A stretch of DNA of 46,048 nt from Bacillota bacterium (lineage in GTDB: Bacteria; Bacillota; Limnochordia; Darwinibacteriales; DTU012), in contig JAAZMN010000131.1 of the NCBI GenBank assembly GCA_012798795.1, forward strand, positions 1-46,048. The letters run 5' to 3'. The translations under genes and the position numbers were made by a program. Shown in pieces: positions 45,041-46,048 of the stretch. Positions within the stretch are counted from its first letter, which is position 1. Every line of letters begins with the position of its first letter. The notes beneath the pieces were generated by a model. It saw nothing but the letters and a program-made list of their open reading frames with translations. It searched no databases and was not told where the DNA came from.

Positions 45041-46048
45041 AATGTTGGAAAAAACAGACTATCAAAAAACGTTAAAATTACCAAGAACTGATTTTCCTAT
45101 GCGGGCAAAATTACCAAAACGCGAGCCGGAGATGCTAAAATTCTGGCAGGAAAATGATTTTTATAATCAGTTACAAGAGGAAGGAGAAAAACTCGGATTA
45201 CCAAAGTATATTTTACATGATGGGCCGCCCTATGCTAATGGACACATTCACATCGGAACCGCAATGAATAAGATTCTTAAAGATCTTGTTATTCGTTCTC
45301 GTTCCATGGATGGCTATCGTGTTCCATATGTTCCCGGATGGGATACTCATGGTTTACCTATTGAACTTCGGGTTATTAAGGATCTAGGAAAGGCTAGGGA
45401 AAAAACTTCAGTGTTAGAATTACGGCAGAGATGTCGAGAATATGCACTGAAATATTTAGATATTCAAAGAGAAGAGTTTAAACGTTTAGGTATTTGGGGA
45501 GATTGGGATAACCCCTATCTTACTCTCACACCAGAATATGAAGGAAAACAGATTGAGCTCTTCGGTGAAATGGCTGAAAAGGGTTTTATTAATAAAGCAC
45601 TTAAGCCTGTATATTGGTGTGCAGATTGTGCAACTGCATTGGCTGAGGCGGAGATCGAATATGAAGAGCGCCGCTCACCGAGTATCTATGTACGGTTTGC
45701 CATAAAAGACGGTAAAGGGGTTGTTGAGGAAGATGATACTTATTTTGTGATCTGGACAACAACGCCATGGACTATACCGGCAAATCTTGCGATTTGCTTA
45801 AATGCTAATTTGGATTATGTTGTTATTAATACCGAGAAGGGTAATTTAATTGTTGCCAAAGGTTTACTAGAGAACTTTGCTGAAGCTGTAGAGCTGGAAC
45901 ATTATGAAATTGTTCAAGAATTTAAAGGTTCTCGATTAGAAAACATAATCTGTCGTCATCCGTTATTTGACAGAGAATCACCGATAATTTTAGGAGATCA
46001 TGCAACATTAGAAGCCGGTACCGGTTGTGTTCATACTGCACCAGGACA
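45041..46048 (+). CDS. ileS: Isoleucine--tRNA ligase, 3'-truncated by window edge
   Basis: ATG 45041 lies 6 nt after AGGAGG. The sequence contains [20 protein letters not shown] (HIGH motif) and [10 protein letters not shown]. The frame is open to nt 46048, so the gene is absent from the ORF track because it has no stop in the window. Confidence 0.95.

Noticed and set aside
1-46048. A scan for CRISPR repeats, tRNA or rRNA genes, transposases or integrases, toxin-antitoxin pairs, restriction-modification genes or other defence genes
   Set aside because: I saw no regularly spaced repeats, no cloverleaf-like segments in the short intergenic gaps, and no ORFs with recombinase or nuclease-defence signatures. 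Every long ORF is accounted for by housekeeping, sporulation or envelope functions.

Overview
This 46 kb window is a chromosomal core region of an AT-rich, endospore-forming Firmicute, Clostridia-like by gene order. Only one of about 50 genes lies on the minus strand. Gene order is as follows:
- spoIIIAE (5'-truncated)-AF-AG-AH, accB-accC, asp23-amaP, nusB, a TsaD-like paralog
- xseA-xseB-ispA, a roughly 610-nt non-coding gap, a small 4-TM protein, dxs-tlyA-nadK-argR-recN
- spoIVB-spo0A, steA, an MctB-like protein, a GT2 and a GT4 glycosyltransferase
- an XPD/DinG-type helicase, then a peptidoglycan/cortex remodelling cluster: LysM-SleB-like hydrolase, two polysaccharide deacetylases and a convergent SH3-GH18 hydrolase
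- a secreted beta-rich protein of unknown function, ymxH, a glycine-zipper stress protein
- dapB-dpaA-dpaB-asd-dapG-dapA, RNase J, tepA-ylzJ, a Na/Pi cotransporter, uppP
- ylmE-sepF-proC-ylmG-ylmH-divIVA, an Ile T-box leader and ileS (3'-truncated)

The standout feature is the ispA-dxs gap. It holds a large, highly structured RNA closed by a 10-bp long-range helix and followed by a small membrane protein. This matches the published locus of OLE (ornate, large, extremophilic) RNA and its partner OapA, a ribonucleoprotein whose biochemical function is still unresolved.

Secondary points of interest:
- a signal-peptide-bearing, beta-barrel-like protein with an outer-membrane-type C-terminal aromatic motif, translationally coupled to ymxH
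- a steA/MctB-like/GT2/GT4 envelope cassette immediately downstream of spo0A, bracketed by a 14-nt direct repeat
- a divergent spo0A only 33 nt from spoIVB
- a small ORF that looks frameshifted

I saw no CRISPR array, tRNA or rRNA gene, transposase, integrase or recognisable defence system.
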